From Raillietiella orientalis (taxonomy: Eukaryota), in contig JAYWIR010000006.1 of assembly GCA_036172245.1 (NCBI GenBank), forward strand, positions 2,728,001 to 2,792,000: a DNA stretch of 64,000 bases, given 5' to 3'. The notes below the pieces were generated by a model. It made no database searches. It had not been told where the DNA came from and saw nothing but the letters and a program-made list of their open reading frames with translations. Of the stretch, positions 25,376 to 38,350 are shown in pieces. The translations under genes and the position numbers were made by a program. How positions within the stretch are numbered: position 1 is the stretch's first letter; every line of letters begins with the position of its first letter.

Positions 25376-25399
25376 GTTTTTGGATCGTCTGAAATTCTC

Positions 25400-28130
25400 T
25401 TAATGCCTCGTGTCTTCGTCCTTGAAAAGTGGGTGGGAGCTGGACTTCCAGAAACTCTCCAGCAATACAGATGGTAAATTGTAAAGATGGAAGGAGCCAA
25501 AGACGTAGCCTTGATTATCAGCGAAGGCTCACACACTACTGCGTCAGCTTCCCATACAGGGAAGAGCTCTCAGTTTGAACCAGTTGACCCGTGGCCTCTG
25601 GCAGAAATCCAAACTGAAAATGGCAGTGCTCAAGGATTGCCTTTTTGAAATTTTGTGTCTTAACCAACGATCGATTTTTCTGAGAATCAGCTGCATCATG
25701 AGAAAGAAAATTCATAAACGGCAAATGGTTTCCAGGATGAAGGATTCATCAACATCTACATCTGACCGGATTGAGATAGTGCCATGCCAACATCCCAGGA
25801 GGATCTTAGTATAAGAATCTTTTTTCCAGATAGAGGATTCTTGATATACGCATGCTGCCCGCACGAAAAAAAAATCCCGAGACTATATGCTTAGCAGTTC
25901 ATTGATGTACTCCTACACGCCACTGCATCATCTCCTACACTCATCATGGGGCGAGCTATTAAAATCGTGCCTGCATTCCAGAGGATTTGCTGCTGTCATC
26001 CACAACTAGAGGACTGGGAGTCCTTTGCTCAGTACGAAGTTCCAAGTGACCTTTTGAGGATTTTTTTCTTCACCACATTTGTCAATTCTTCCGTTCAGAG
26101 CGTTGTTTTAAGGTGTACCAGTGTTTATCTCCAAGGTGAAATGGCACTGGTGAATACCTCGTTTCAGACGTGGTGCGCCATGTGCACACAGGTTTGCATC
26201 CGGGAAATCGCGCAATCTGCAATCACAAACCAAGGACTGTCCAGATGCGCATATTTCGTGCAAGCCGAAGGAAGTTGCGCCTCCCAGAAGGCTGCAAGCG
26301 GCAGATTGGGCAGAAAAAGTCCCTTTTAGAACGGCACTCAACATCCCCTCATCCTGTCACACGACTCAGAGCATGTGAAGCATCTTCTGGAGACCACTGC
26401 AAAATAAATTTCCTTTTCATCGAGCAACAGGTACAGCCATCAAGCCCGCCTCACAGGTAAGAAGTGGATCAGGAAATACGTAAGCATCACGTAAATCTGT
26501 CGATGCCACACCCCACAATCCCAGGGGACCCTGCCTTGCGCCAGAGCGTAGGATGAACGGAGACGCCGGGATTCTCAATGCTCTCGTGATGCTGCCCAAT
26601 TCTTACTGGAAGCCACTCAGATCAGTAAGTGGTTTCGAAATCTTCGACAGGATGGATGATTTAGCGTGATGGCTGCAATGCTTGGGAGAATGCCTTCTTA
26701 GAGACCCGGACGATCGATTACAACGATCCGAAAGTTCCATTTGGCCGCACACGATTCTTCTAAAACTACTCCTTCTGGCGACCCGTTGTTCTCGTGCCAA
26801 AGAGTTCCAATCATTCGCGGATCCTGCAAAGTATATATATAGAGAGAGATTTTTCGTGATCCGGGATGACAGGAAGGGATGAGAGGGAGGAATTTTGCAC
26901 AGCTCCGTTCTGCCGAACAGTTCAGTGTCACCTTGCTGGAGAAAAACTGGTCCGTGAAGGATGTTTCAGAGTGAGGGTGTCCCCTGTCGAGGTGCTTTGT
27001 CGGAAGAACTGAAACCCGATGTCCTTTTCTCAACTCTGAGGATTTGTCCATTGGACCACACCTGCTTGCTTAGTGTTGGCAATGAGCGAGTCTACAAAGC
27101 TGGTCTTGGCCGTCCTTAGGACAAAGAACAGCCTTTAAACTCGGGACAAGGACAAGGAAAATCTACAAGCAGAAGAGATCAGCCAACTGCGGACACAGAA
27201 AGAAAGGGTCCAAATTTACTCAAAGGCATAACTTTTGGGATAGTAGGGTGGTCCAGCTGGTCTCGTCTGGAAACTCCATAGGTCTCTTCCCGGCCGTTCG
27301 TAGGGCGCGGTACTCTAGGGCCGCATTCAGTGCACTTCATGGCACCATTGGGCAATGAACGACATCACCATTCTGCAGAGCAGGTGTGATACTTCAGGCT
27401 TTCAATTAATTTTTTTGATTCCGAAAGCGTGGGGATTACGTGAACAAACTTCAAAGGAGGGATCTTCGACGACTATCACTCTTCCCAGTCTCCATTTCTC
27501 GACTGGGGATTCCTCCTTCCTGGGATTGGCGAAGGTGGTCGATCATGTACTCCACGGCTAGGGAGCAGTAACGTCGAAACCAACTTTCCGTTGTTTGACG
27601 CTCCGCTCCACCCACGCACATCGAGTCGCCGAGAGCGAATGTCTGGCAGCGTATGAAAATGCAATGTTCAAATCGTGAAAAGGCCTTCTTCCATGCTCCC
27701 TCATATAGGAGTTTTTTGTACCCTTCAAGTTCTTGAAAGCGTCTCTTCGGAGCAGAAGGCAGCATACCGGATGTTGTCTAATGGACCCACAAGATACTGG
27801 TCCCTAGGACGCGACTGCTTCCTAAAATTCAAGGTAGCTTGCTGAGCATCCTGATCAAAAAAAGAGTGCTCTTCTGATCATTTATTTTCCTGACAGATTG
27901 CCGTTCGGAGGGCATCCTGGACCGAAGTATCCTTGTCTTTCTTTCCAGTAGATGTCTCCTCTGCGCTAGATGTTGAAAGATACCAATTTGGACTAATATG
28001 GATATGAGGACGGTAAAGATTATAAAGAACTAATCCCTTTTACCCTATGTAATCTTTAACTTTATTTGATACAAGAACTGGTCCTTACAAGATCTTAGAG
28101 TTTGCCACATGCTCTTCTCCACGATTAGCT
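25400..28130 (-). mobile_element. Decayed LINE ORF2 (endonuclease + RT)
   Basis: In order: SRRLD and IDH (endonuclease), LIP....SRKISL (RPISL), SILS-DFE-like at ~26640, PFILRSGARQG at ~26540 (L1-type GxRQG), KY at ~26250. Many stops and frameshifts. Confidence 0.75.
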
Positions 28131-28399
28131 GTGTCTTTGCGCTTCTTCCTCTGAAGTTTCGTTTGATGAACGCAACTGCTGCCCAGATGTTCGCTCGAAA
28201 CTTAGACCCCCTTGATGTTCAAGGAGAAAAATGCAAGCATCATCGCTGATGACTGCTTTCCCTTGGGAACCTGACGGGGAGGCGTTTGAGTGCTTCCGCG
28301 CGGACGGACTCTCCTCTTCTCGCGTAGAGGAGCGCAGGCATCGGTATGGAGGCCAGTGGCTGGCTCCCAGTGGCAAACAATCCAGGAATCAACCCAGTA

Positions 28400-29200
28400 A
28401 CGCTTCCAGGATCCGTAATTAGTTATGATTCGTGAGGTCCCCGCAGAAAGAGCAAGGCTGCCTCCATGTGCCCCCTCGAGTTCCCAGTTTCAGCGACACG
28501 AGCACGCAAGTCGCTTCCTCAAGTGGTCTTCAAGTCTCCACATGGTGACACTGCAGCCTCACTCACCTACTCCTCCTGATATTCTCAAGTGGATCCCCAA
28601 GAAATGCTGAAAAGAAGGAAAACAGCACCACAGTTGTGGTTCCCCCATCCCTCCCCTCAGTCGCTATGCTGCTGAGAGCCGAGGGGAGGAAAATAAGCAT
28701 TTTTTCCTCCTCGCTCCCATTCGGGGACGCCTTGGTGAAGTTAGGAAATGCGTCCCCCAGATTCATTCTGTATCTGAAAGATGGACCTCCTGCGAATCGT
28801 GCCAGCCCTTGCCGAGGGTCCATGTATCTCAAATTGATGAGGAAATTTCTTGGAATTTCTCGAAACAATTTGGTGGTGCCGAGCTTCCTGACAAACTCCC
28901 ACAACCTTCCAGTGCCCTGGCAACATGGGACTGCCTTCTCTGTGGCACGTTGTGGATTCCTCTGGGAGAGGGAACGCTACCTCGCATCTGTGGAGCTCCT
29001 TCCGAATTTGCACATCGTAAGATCCTTCCGTGTGTATCTCTGAAATGTTTCGCAAACTGTAGTGGGTGAAGATTCATCGAAAAAGCGCGCCATCTTTCCG
29101 AGGATGTCCACCGAAAGCCTGGTATGCAAAATGGCGGATTCTTCTATCCCGTCAGTTTTCTCTCGAGGTGAGCAGCAGCAGACAAAACGCAACAGAATGG
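28400..29200 (+). mobile_element. LINE ORF1 relic
   Basis: VPSFL...V....ARCG, and in the adjacent frame DCLLCGT...RICGAPSEFAH (tandem zinc-knuckle-like). Confidence 0.5.
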
Positions 29201-29206
29201 CATGGT

Positions 29207-29373
29207 CCTTTTTCTTTATCTCTCTTCTCCTTTTCTTTTCTCCATCCTCTTTTCCTCCTCCCTTCCTCCTCCATCTCTTCCCTTCCTCTTCCTCCTTATC
29301 CTTCCTCCTCCTTTTCCCTTTCTTCTTGCCTTCCTCTTCTTCCTCCTCCCTTCCTCTTCTTCTTCTTTCCTCC
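29207..29373. repeat. Polypyrimidine (CTT/CCT/TTCC) low-complexity tract
   Basis: About 165 nt almost entirely C/T on the + strand. Confidence 0.92.
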
Positions 29374-29399
29374 ATTGACCACGCCCAAACTGATGTTGG

Positions 29400-30250
29400 T
29401 TAGAATAAAAAGGACCCTTAGGACAATTGAGATAAGGTTGGCAGCAGCTCACGACCGAGCTTTCCGTTCCCAACGGACGCATGCCCTCGGGGATCGCCAT
29501 GCTAGTGACATCGGTGCATCGCATGGCCTGCTTAACTTTTGAAGCTCCCCCCGCACCATTCATCCTACTTCCCCCGAAAGTTATGCTTCCGAGGAAATTT
29601 GGGCCCTTTCGTTTCGTGTTAGCAGATGGATGACCCTTTCTTCGCTGTGTTGTCCTTGTCTGCTTGTTTGTCCTGAGGAAGTCCAGAAGATTCGGAGAGA
29701 AACCACAGACGAGAGAGTCGAAAGTTTCGATGTGATGAAAGCGAGCCCCACCCTCTTCCTCACTCTTCCATTGGGTTCCTAAACTCCAGAAATTTCGTCC
29801 ACTCTTATTTAAAGTGGTACAGCACCTGAGGCACGGAGATGTTTCATCTGCATGTCAGTCTGATCGACCCTCCTGATCCGCGCAGGGCGTTCCTCCGCCT
29901 GTACTACCAGAGCTGGAAAAAGTTCAAGGCTGACCCCGCGAAGTTCTCCAGTGCCCTGTCGGGCGGTCAGCACCGGAAGGACAACCAATGCACCTGCCAG
30001 TCGGGAACCAACATTCCTCACCAGCTCCTCCCGGGCTGTTCGCAGAGGATCCTACGACCCGTGGGACGATGCAGTGAACTGGCCACAGTGACCTCTCCTG
30101 CGATCGAGGGAACCGTGCCCTCTGCTCTTCGCGCCCTTCCCTGTTCTTGTCGCGAGGAAAACAGGGAAGAAACGGGTCAGTCCTCCTGACTCGTTCCTAC
30201 CTGGAGTACCCCTCACTACCCCTTCGGCTTTCCCTGTCTCTCCCGGACCG
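29400..30250 (+). mobile_element. LINE ORF1 relic
   Basis: APEARRCFICMS at 29822-29857 (CCHC knuckle start), followed by PDPRRAFLRLY. Confidence 0.55.
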
Positions 30251-30399
30251 GGAGACAGCGACACGTCTTCCTGGTGATAAACCGCTCAAGCCCGCCGTCA
30301 CCTCCCCTTCGATCGACCGCGACAGCAGGGCGCCATCGGAGGCAGGGCGTCCCAGAGACGAGTCTTCGAGGAGACCCTAAGCGCCTCTCCCTGCACCCG

Positions 30400-30970
30400 C
30401 CCGCTGGCTCACGAGGCGGCCGGCCTGCTCCTCCGGGTCTAGGAGACTTGCAGCGTACCCTCCGCCGTCCTCCGATCGAAAGTTGCTTCGATTGAAAGTC
30501 CTTGATGGATTCGGAGGGTCTGCCGGCGCATCTGTTGATTAAACGGGGTTTCCTCCGCGATTTCTGGGTTGATGGGGAGCGGGTCATCAATTTTCCGACC
30601 GGAGGCATTCGTGCCTCGCAACCAATTTCCCTCCGAGAGATTGCAGGCTCGGATCCACAGTGCTCCCTACTTTTCCTTCTTAGGGCAGGGGGTGAGGAGG
30701 AGAGGGAAGAGTGGCAAAGATACAGTCGACAAGAAGGATGTGTTGTCACGGGAATTTCGCTGTCCACGCGGAAGGGGGCTGGATGAGTTTCCGGATAAAC
30801 CTCGCGTCGATCTTCCGAGCTGCGAACCAGTCCGTTTGGAAACCGCAGCCGGTCACCGTGATGGCGCAGTCCGCCGGAAGGAACCTCTGCATCTTGAGGA
30901 AGCGACTGAGGTTTCGGTCGGGCTCGTAGGGTAGAGACCCGCGACCCACACGGTAGCCTGCACCCTCTTC
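30400..30970 (-). mobile_element. LINE ORF1 relic (RRM-like region)
   Basis: TVWVAGL/LPYEPDRNLSRFL matches the V.V.GLPYE..D..L..FL pattern of Tx1/L1 ORF1. Confidence 0.55.
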
Positions 30971-31019
30971 ATTATTCCCGGCTGTTCACACCCATTTCGC
31001 AGCTTCCAGACGATCCTCG

Positions 31020-31613
31020 ATCCACCATCCAAAGGTGGATGTGCGAACCCCGGAGTCCACTTCGTAACGCGTCAAGGTGAGGGCTACCCCGGGAAGGGAC
31101 CACCTCATGAATCCGGGGAGGGCTCCAGGGGGAGAAATCCGTTCCTCTCACGCTTAGGAGGGACTCTCGAAGGGAACTGCTCCCTGTTTCCTCCTTTGAA
31201 GAGAATCCGAAAGGAACGCTTCCAAATTTTCTCATAAAGGTAGTTGCCCGGAGGAAGTAGCGCTTCTTGGACACTCCGGAAAAGTATCCATCCACAAGCT
31301 CCATGATACGAGATGGGAAGGAAAGGCTCCATTTGCAAAACTGGATGGGAATCCCGGAGGGAACCGACTTCTTGATTCCTGGAAGGACCCCAGAGGGCGA
31401 TCTTCCAGTCCCAAGTAGCCAAAGGAAGCATTCGGAGATTTCCGGCTTCCACCCAAAGCCCGTGGGTCTACCAGAGTCATCCTCGGGAGGCCCTGAAACC
31501 TACGACGCCCCTCCCCCTGCCCTCAACATTGATCCATCCCCAGGAGGAATTCGAACCCGGGACGCTTGGCACCACGTGAGAAGACTGCATTGGCCTCATG
31601 GCCGCCAACGCGT
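31020..31613 (-). mobile_element. SINE-like repeat copy (3' end missing)
   Basis: Head GCGTTGGCGGCCATG, B box GGGTTCGAATTCC, and body colinear with 3861-4460 and 32983-33500. Confidence 0.8.
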
Positions 31614-31639
31614 TTCGACAAGCGGAGGTGTAGGTCGCG

Positions 31640-32160
31640 CGATCGAGTCAACCAGAGGAACAGTCAACCGCCTCATTCCCTCTCGAGGGGCTTTTGAACT
31701 GCTGCGTCTTTCAGGAACTGTGGCGGAGACTGCCTGCATCCTGTAGTCACAAAAGAGGACCTGCTGCGGCGATTCTTCGCGCGAGGCGGAGTCGCGGCGG
31801 GTGCCGTGATGGCGACGACGTGCCACCCCACCCTACGTCATCGTCTACGGCGCGAAGGAGGGAGGGAGGTCGCCTCGCGGTCATGCAGGCTGCCACGAGG
31901 TGGCCTCGCTGTGCGAAGACGAAGTGAGTCTCAGGTTTCCGGCGCTTAGCAAAAAGGAACAGCAGGAACCAACGTCCTCACCCTCTCTTTATTTAATTAG
32001 TTAATTCACGTCCTCTTCTCTCCCCTTCCGGATTTCAATAAACGACCCACGTGTCGATGACTCTTCCCTTGAATTGTTTTTTTCCTTTTTTTCTTTGCTT
32101 CGGAAACCGCGTTCCCGACGCGTTCCTCCGAAACTCACGCCTCCACGTGTCCGACTGAAA
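31640..32160 (+). mobile_element. LINE 3' fragment
   Basis: LNCCVFQELWRRL, DLLRRFFA, ATRWP, then T-rich 3' UTR. Paralogous to 24720-25375. Confidence 0.7.
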
Positions 32161-32982
32161 ACCCATCAAGGTTCTTCCCCGGTTTCCTGCCGCACCTCGC
32201 TACACCCACCGGTCAAGATGGACTCTCTGCTCTGACCCGTTCAGGGCGTTCGAGGCGTCTCTGCTCGGGCACCATCTGCTCCAGCCTAGGGATCCTCGGT
32301 GCTCTCGGTGGCTTCCTTCCCGCAGCGCGCCGCTTGTCACGAGCACCTCCCTCGCGCGACAAGCCTCCGATGAGCGCCTTTTCTCAGGTTTGGTTTTTTC
32401 GGAAGACGAATTCTGGCTGCGAAGTCGGGATGGACTTGCAGGTGCTGGGACTTTTTTTCCTGCAGGAAGACCGCCGCTTCCCTTGCATTCCGTTTTCACT
32501 TCCGGGAGCGATGGAGCTGGGGCCGCAGCATATTGAGGTTTAGTGGAGCCAAGGATAGGTCGAAGAGGTTTACGCAACCACAATTTGCCAGAGGCATCCA
32601 TGATGTCCCCATACTCCGAACACAGTCTTGGGACTACAGCGAAGTGCCCTGCCTTGGGGCCGATCACGACCGGGCTGGCGAGCAGCGGTGGACGTGGAAG
32701 TGGAAATTGGTCTTCCGCAGCAGATGCAATGGAGTTTTGTCGAACCCCACCGCCGAAGACGCAGGAGCTGGACCCCTTCTTTTAGATGCCTCTGTGACCA
32801 CCGCTACCTACATCCCGATCCATTCCAGCACAGAAGACTTCGTGTTGAGGCTGGAAGGATACGCAGACCTTCTTAGCCGGCCCAGTTATTTGAGGTACGA
32901 AACGAAGGTGCAGTCCTGCCTAAGCAGATGGAAACCGAACTCGACTTTGTACCCAAATTAGGTGGGAACGAAATCTGGAGAT

Positions 32983-33640
32983 CGCGTTGGCGACCCCATG
33001 TGTCTGCGATCCCCGCGCGCGCGGCGGCATCGAGCATTGCGGGTTCTAATCCTTCTCGGGGAAGGACGGATGTCGAGAACAGGGGTCCGTCGTGGGTTTC
33101 GAGTCCTTCCTGAAGAGTGCTCAGGGTTCTTCCAGGAATCAAGGAATCGGTCCCCTTCGTGGTTCCGTTTCGGTCGTGGAAACGAAGACGCCTTCCCCTT
33201 CATGGGGGGATCCTCAATAACGTTCGATGGAGGGGGTTGACACCCTCCTCGGGGGTTGTCTCTCTTCGGGTGAAGAAAAACGCCGCTCCTTTTGGGGTTC
33301 TCTTTAGAGAAGAACAAGGGGCAGATCTTTTCCGGGTTCTTCTCAGAGAATAAACGAGGAGGAGCGGCCCCATCCGGAGAGAATGAGGAAGAGGTTTCTT
33401 TTTGGGTTCCTTTCGGAGACAGTCAGATCGGAGGGTTTCCTCTGAGATTCCCTCAAGCATTGGAAATAAATGGACCCCTTCCTACGGAGCTCTTTCTGGA
33501 TTCATAAAATGGTGGTCTCTTCCGAGGCACGTCCTAACTTAAAAAGTTTTACCCGCACTCTTGGGTGGCATGGGCAGCGTCAAAGAGCTTCGTGAGCCGC
33601 CAGGCTATCGGTTCTTGAGCACTCAGCGGATTAAAAAAGA
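32983..33640 (+). mobile_element. SINE-like repeat, near full-length copy
   Basis: CCGCGCGCGCGGCGGCATCGAG at 33013-33034, B box GGGTTCTAATCC, CAGCGTCAAAGAGCTTCGTG at ~33575, A-rich end. Confidence 0.8.
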
Positions 33641-33689
33641 GGATATTGTGGAAGACGAATAAGCAGGCAAATAAATAAAGGTGGGATGG

Positions 33690-34470
33690 ACCAGCATCAA
33701 GAAGATGTACATGATGCCTCAGGGCCCGTGTGTCGGGTGGTGATTGGGGGGAGAGGATGCGTGCTGCCACTGGATTCGAGCCATCCTGGCCACAATGGTC
33801 CTCGGACGCCATTTCGGCCAGAGCCTCTTAGCCTCGGTCAAATCGCCGCACTTCTTATAAGATGGAGGATGATGGTGAATGGCCTCCTGGGATGCCGGTC
33901 ACACTCTTCCATTTCGGTGGACACCACTCGAGCGCGTGGTAGAAGGCGGCCAGAGAGGAGGCAGCTAGATGGTCCGGAGGGGCAAACACACGCCCAAAGA
34001 GTTCCTGCAGAGCATAACTGAACTGAGATACCCCTTCGACCCGTATCCACCTCTGCCACAGCCTGTGTCTCTTTCCAAGAGTACTCGAGGAGGGGTCCAC
34101 CTACAGACCGCTCATGAACTTGCCCATCCTCCATGCGGAGATGCGATGCAGTTCCTTGTTCCTAAGGAGTCCTCAGTGCTCCAGCAAGATGGTCACATGC
34201 TGGGCGGGCAAGGGTACCTGAAGATGCCCACGATCTCGAATGCCTAGCAGGAAGATCTAAGAAACTCGATGCGCATTTGTGGTCCATGAGCGATATGTCT
34301 TTCCTGCACCAGCTGCGCCGTTGTCCACGGAACGCTGGACCTGGTGACCGCGATGATCCACCCAAGGTTGCCTGCCAAGAATCGTCCTCTTCCTGATATT
34401 CGGCAGCCGTTTTCTTGGGAAGCTTCGTTCCTCTTATCTACGTCTTCCAGCACGGTTGAGCAAGACAGGC
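33690..34470 (-). mobile_element. LINE ORF1 end/ORF2 start relic
   Basis: FRGQRRSWCRK (Y/F-x-GQ-x-x-C knuckle lead-in), then RVVS-W-like at ~33930. Confidence 0.5.
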
Positions 34471-34949
34471 TTCCCTGCTCCCCCTACCCCCTCCCCAAAG
34501 ATAGTGTCTGACGGCAATCTTTCTCTTTTGAGGCGCGTTTTGACTGGGGAAGGAAGAAAAGTGACACGTTTTCTCACGCTTTTGAAACAGCGGCTGAGGA
34601 GATCTGGGTTGTTTCCCGGAACACACGCTAGTCCGATGAGCTGGAGAGAACTCGCGTAGACCCTTCCACTCCACTCGACGATCCCAGAGCTCGTGGAACG
34701 ACAGGCTGGTTCGGAGATTTAAAAAAGGGAACCGCAACACGAAAACGGGAACTTCTTGTTCCTATGCGCTCTCCAAAGATTCTAGGAGGAGGCAGTCGAC
34801 ACGCTCTTTGAATTTTCTGAATACTAGGTTGCACTTAGAGGAAGCAAACCGAGTAGAAGGTCTGAAAGGCTCCGTCGTGTGGATGGAGTTTCTTCCGCAT
34901 GCGGACGGATCACACGCCTTTCATCTTCGCTCCTTTTTTTCCAGTGGGC

Positions 34950-35790
34950 CATCAAGGGCGGTTTCCAAGGACTCGGGTGACCACGGATTCCTCACGTGGG
35001 TGTCTTTCCTTTCGGAGCGTCGCTGAAGACCCCACATTCGAAATTCTGTTGCAATCTCAAGTCAATGCCACCACCACCCCTCTCTTGACACGAGTTGATT
35101 CTGTAGCATTTGGTGTTTTTTTCTGAGTCCAAAGAGCAAACGGCCACTCTGCTGGAGCGCCAGGGCGCTGTATTCAGAGTATGCAGGTATCACATGTGAA
35201 ACTGTGGTTGAGTAAACTCCTTCGACCCACTCCTTGCTTCGCCAAATCTCAATACGCCGATGCACAACCTCACTTCTCTTGCATTGAAACACTGATGCAA
35301 CTCTTCCTGCAAGCTTTTCACCTCCACTGTTGGTTGGCATTCCGAGTCCCTGAAGGACCCTGAGCAGAATTTGAGAACTGTAGACGAGAGAACTTCCTTT
35401 CCACATGCTCCAACCACTTTCCAATGGAAAACTGAAAATCGATAACGGACACGCTCGATTAATCGTTCCGAGCCAATTTTTCATTGACAAGCGAAACCAC
35501 AAGAATCGCTGTTGAAGACCGTGAGAATCCGAGCAACCCTGCAAGAGGAATAACTCCGACCGTCTCCCTGGCAACGCGGCTTCTGCAGAAGGTTGCGTCG
35601 AAAGAAATGCGTTCACTCGAATCGCAGAATGCTTGGGACCCATTGGAAGGAAGATGCGAATGCATACCTAAAGTGGTATACGTGGACAAGGCATGGCAGG
35701 AGCGACCATGTCTCAGCGCTGGCAGCGCCAGTATACATCATCTCTCTGGGACCATCTGGCAACATACAGTCTGCTGAGATCTAATCCAAA
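34950..35790 (+). mobile_element. LINE RT N-terminal relic
   Basis: AKSQYADAQPHF (KSPGPDG-like), QPLSN..LKI (RPISL.N.D.KI-like) and NAF at ~35607 (KAFD position), in order. Confidence 0.45.
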
Positions 35791-35799
35791 ATTTTTTAC

Positions 35800-36760
35800 T
35801 TTCACCGTAGTGCCCAGACATCGGAGCCCAAGGTTGCGAAAGAAATAGAGAGGCCGGGATTCAAATAGGAGTCTCCTTATTTTCCGTTCTTTCTTCAGTT
35901 GGTTTGACGTAACCGATGACAGATTAACTAAGGGATGAATGAACTCTGTTGATTGATGCCTTTCATATTTCAGAATGATACTTCGATGGTCCACGGAAGA
36001 CACGAATTCAACGTTTCAATGAGATTAGCAACGGTCCCCATTTTCATGTTCCATATAGTCCTCACGCTTCCAGAAATTCCTGTCTGCCCATGCTGGTAAT
36101 GTATCAAACCGCGTAGGGAAACGACGACCAAAAACGACAACGAAAAATTTCCCGATTCCCATCTCGAAACGGTGAACGAAATCAGCGAACCACGAGATGC
36201 TCTTCCGCGGCTGCAAAGCACTGGAAGAGGTGGAACGCCCGAGGGTGCAGGTAAGGATTCTTCCATCCGAGATGTGCCGTGGCGCTCGAGATGTTTTGAT
36301 GCTTCATCGTGGTGTATGTGAACGGATCCTTGCATTCGGGAGATGCGCAGCGCGTGACCTTCGAACCACTCGGATGTCGACCACGTGTCTCGAACGAGTG
36401 AACACGAGCAAGTGGCGCGAGGATCCAGTGCAAGCGCGCTTCTGTAATCCCGGAACTCGGGAAGCAGCGAACACCTTGGGGAACTGCGAAAGTGTAGGAT
36501 GTCCGTCCATCGATGCAAAAATAAACGGCTACCGAAATGTGAAACGATAAGGTCGGATGGTCTTCCGCATGCTGAGTAGCGCGCGTTCCTTTTTCCAGGA
36601 GTTCTCAGCTTGGGGTAAAAAAATTTTCTGGAGGGCGCGAGCAGGGACGAGGGAGCGGGATTGCCTGGGTTCGGCGAGGTGCGCGCGCGAACATCCTCTG
36701 CTTGAGGATGAGTGGGTGAAAGTGTCGGGTCCACTTTGGCTGCAACGATGTCGAACCCAA
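35800..36760 (-). mobile_element. LINE endonuclease relic
   Basis: LDPRAT, ISWFADF (GDFN position) and TRFD (RLD position), in order. Confidence 0.5.
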
Positions 36761-37489
36761 TTGGAATATGATGGATGTTTGCTCATTTGACGAGGCGACG
36801 GGGAAGAGGAGGAACAAATACTCCAAAATGAAGAAGGCAGGAGCATTCTCGGAGGCAAGTGTTCCCCACCGAAAACGGGGTCCAAGGAGAAAGCGGATGT
36901 AGCTTCCGAAGTGCCGCTTGGTTCCGGGATGCCATCCCAGTTTTCCTTCCAGAAGCCTTTCCCGGTTCTCACGGTTCTTTCACCCTTTATCCAGGAAAGT
37001 CATTGTTGTCATCGGAACTGGCTAAATGTCATGATTCACTGACTACTCGCCGAATGCCCCTATAATTCCCCTACTGATCACAGCTCCTCCCTCGTGTCTC
37101 ATAATTTCTCCCTTACCCGTCAAAATAATGAAGAGGACCTAGCTCAGCTTCTCTTTATGGCTACGGCAAGTTCCTGACGTGAGACCAGCATCCCAGTATC
37201 TTGGAAATGGGACCGGGAAGCGCAAACTGGTACGTTCGGATTCCTCGAAGTTCGAGTTCCCGGTTTACGCAGCCCAGGTGAGATCACCCTACGTCAGCGT
37301 TGCCGTTTGCACCACTCCCCCGTTTCCTTTTTCAGAACGATTCCCCAGATCTCAAGTCTCGCCCCTTCCGTCTTTCCAAGTCGCCGAGGTAAGCAGCATG
37401 CCGCGCGAGCGTTGCTAAGTCGCTGCCTCCTCGCCCTAGTTGGGCAAATCGGTCCTTCGAACCCAGCAGATCCGGGTGGTCGAGTCGGA

Positions 37490-38350
37490 CTACCACTCCG
37501 GCGGCCGGGGAAGAAGGAGGTATAAGGAAGGGGTCTTTTCAGAACTTTTCAGGTTTTGGCAGGACTTCTGGTCCTACCAGCTGCAGAAGTTTGATAGGAC
37601 TTGACATTTTGGGTCAGATGCGGAGACGGGGAATGGGGAAGAACAAAACAAAAATAAAACAAAAAAAGAGGTAAACAGTTGTCGCGACCGTCCACTGGAG
37701 GGTGCTGGAAGGTTCGTTCTTGTCGCTTCCCAGATGGGACCATCTTGCGACGATCCTCATAAAGAGTTTCTCACAGTAGATGGCACCCCTGTCGGGCTGA
37801 CCTCTTCTCGCGGCGTTCCAAGGTGCCACCTCTACTCCCGGCCTGCAACAAACAACTGTTAAGCACGCGGCTCGCGGCAGCGCGGCACGCTGGAAGAGGC
37901 GCTTCAACTCACGTCCCTGAGATTGCTCTCGGAGATCGGAGAGCCGTCGAGAAACGGTTCCAAGGGGTCCGGAGGGCAGCACAGTGGACAAGCAGGTGAG
38001 GGAGGGTCATCCTTTCCCCTCACGTATCACGTTTCGCAGCTGCAGTACCCCGGCTGCAGTGTGAAGGCGTGCTTGGCATGGGGTTCTTCAATGCGGAACC
38101 AGCAGCGCTGACTCCCGCCACTTGAGAGGGAGGAAGCGATTGTCCCGCGACACTAAAGGCAGCATCAGATTCCTTCTAGGAATTCCCAGAGTGGGTGAAA
38201 CACTCTGGGTCATAGCGTCTGCAAGTTCCCTTGCCGACCATCCACACTCTGGTGAAGAGGGGAGCACTGTGCTACCTTACCGAAGAGAAGCGCGGGCGAG
38301 AAAACATGGAGTCGTTGCTATGGGAAACAGCTCCAAGCTCTCTCGTACCT
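37490..38350 (-). mobile_element. LINE 3' fragment, same family
   Basis: LKRLF..AALP...CC..G..FMRIVARWSHLG. U-rich 3' UTR and hairpin CCGG-CCG-CCGG at 37498-37508, followed by AGTGGTAGTC. Confidence 0.75.

Noticed and set aside
28977..29403. K/R/E-rich and F/L/S-rich ORFs
   Set aside because: These are translation artefacts of the polypyrimidine tract.
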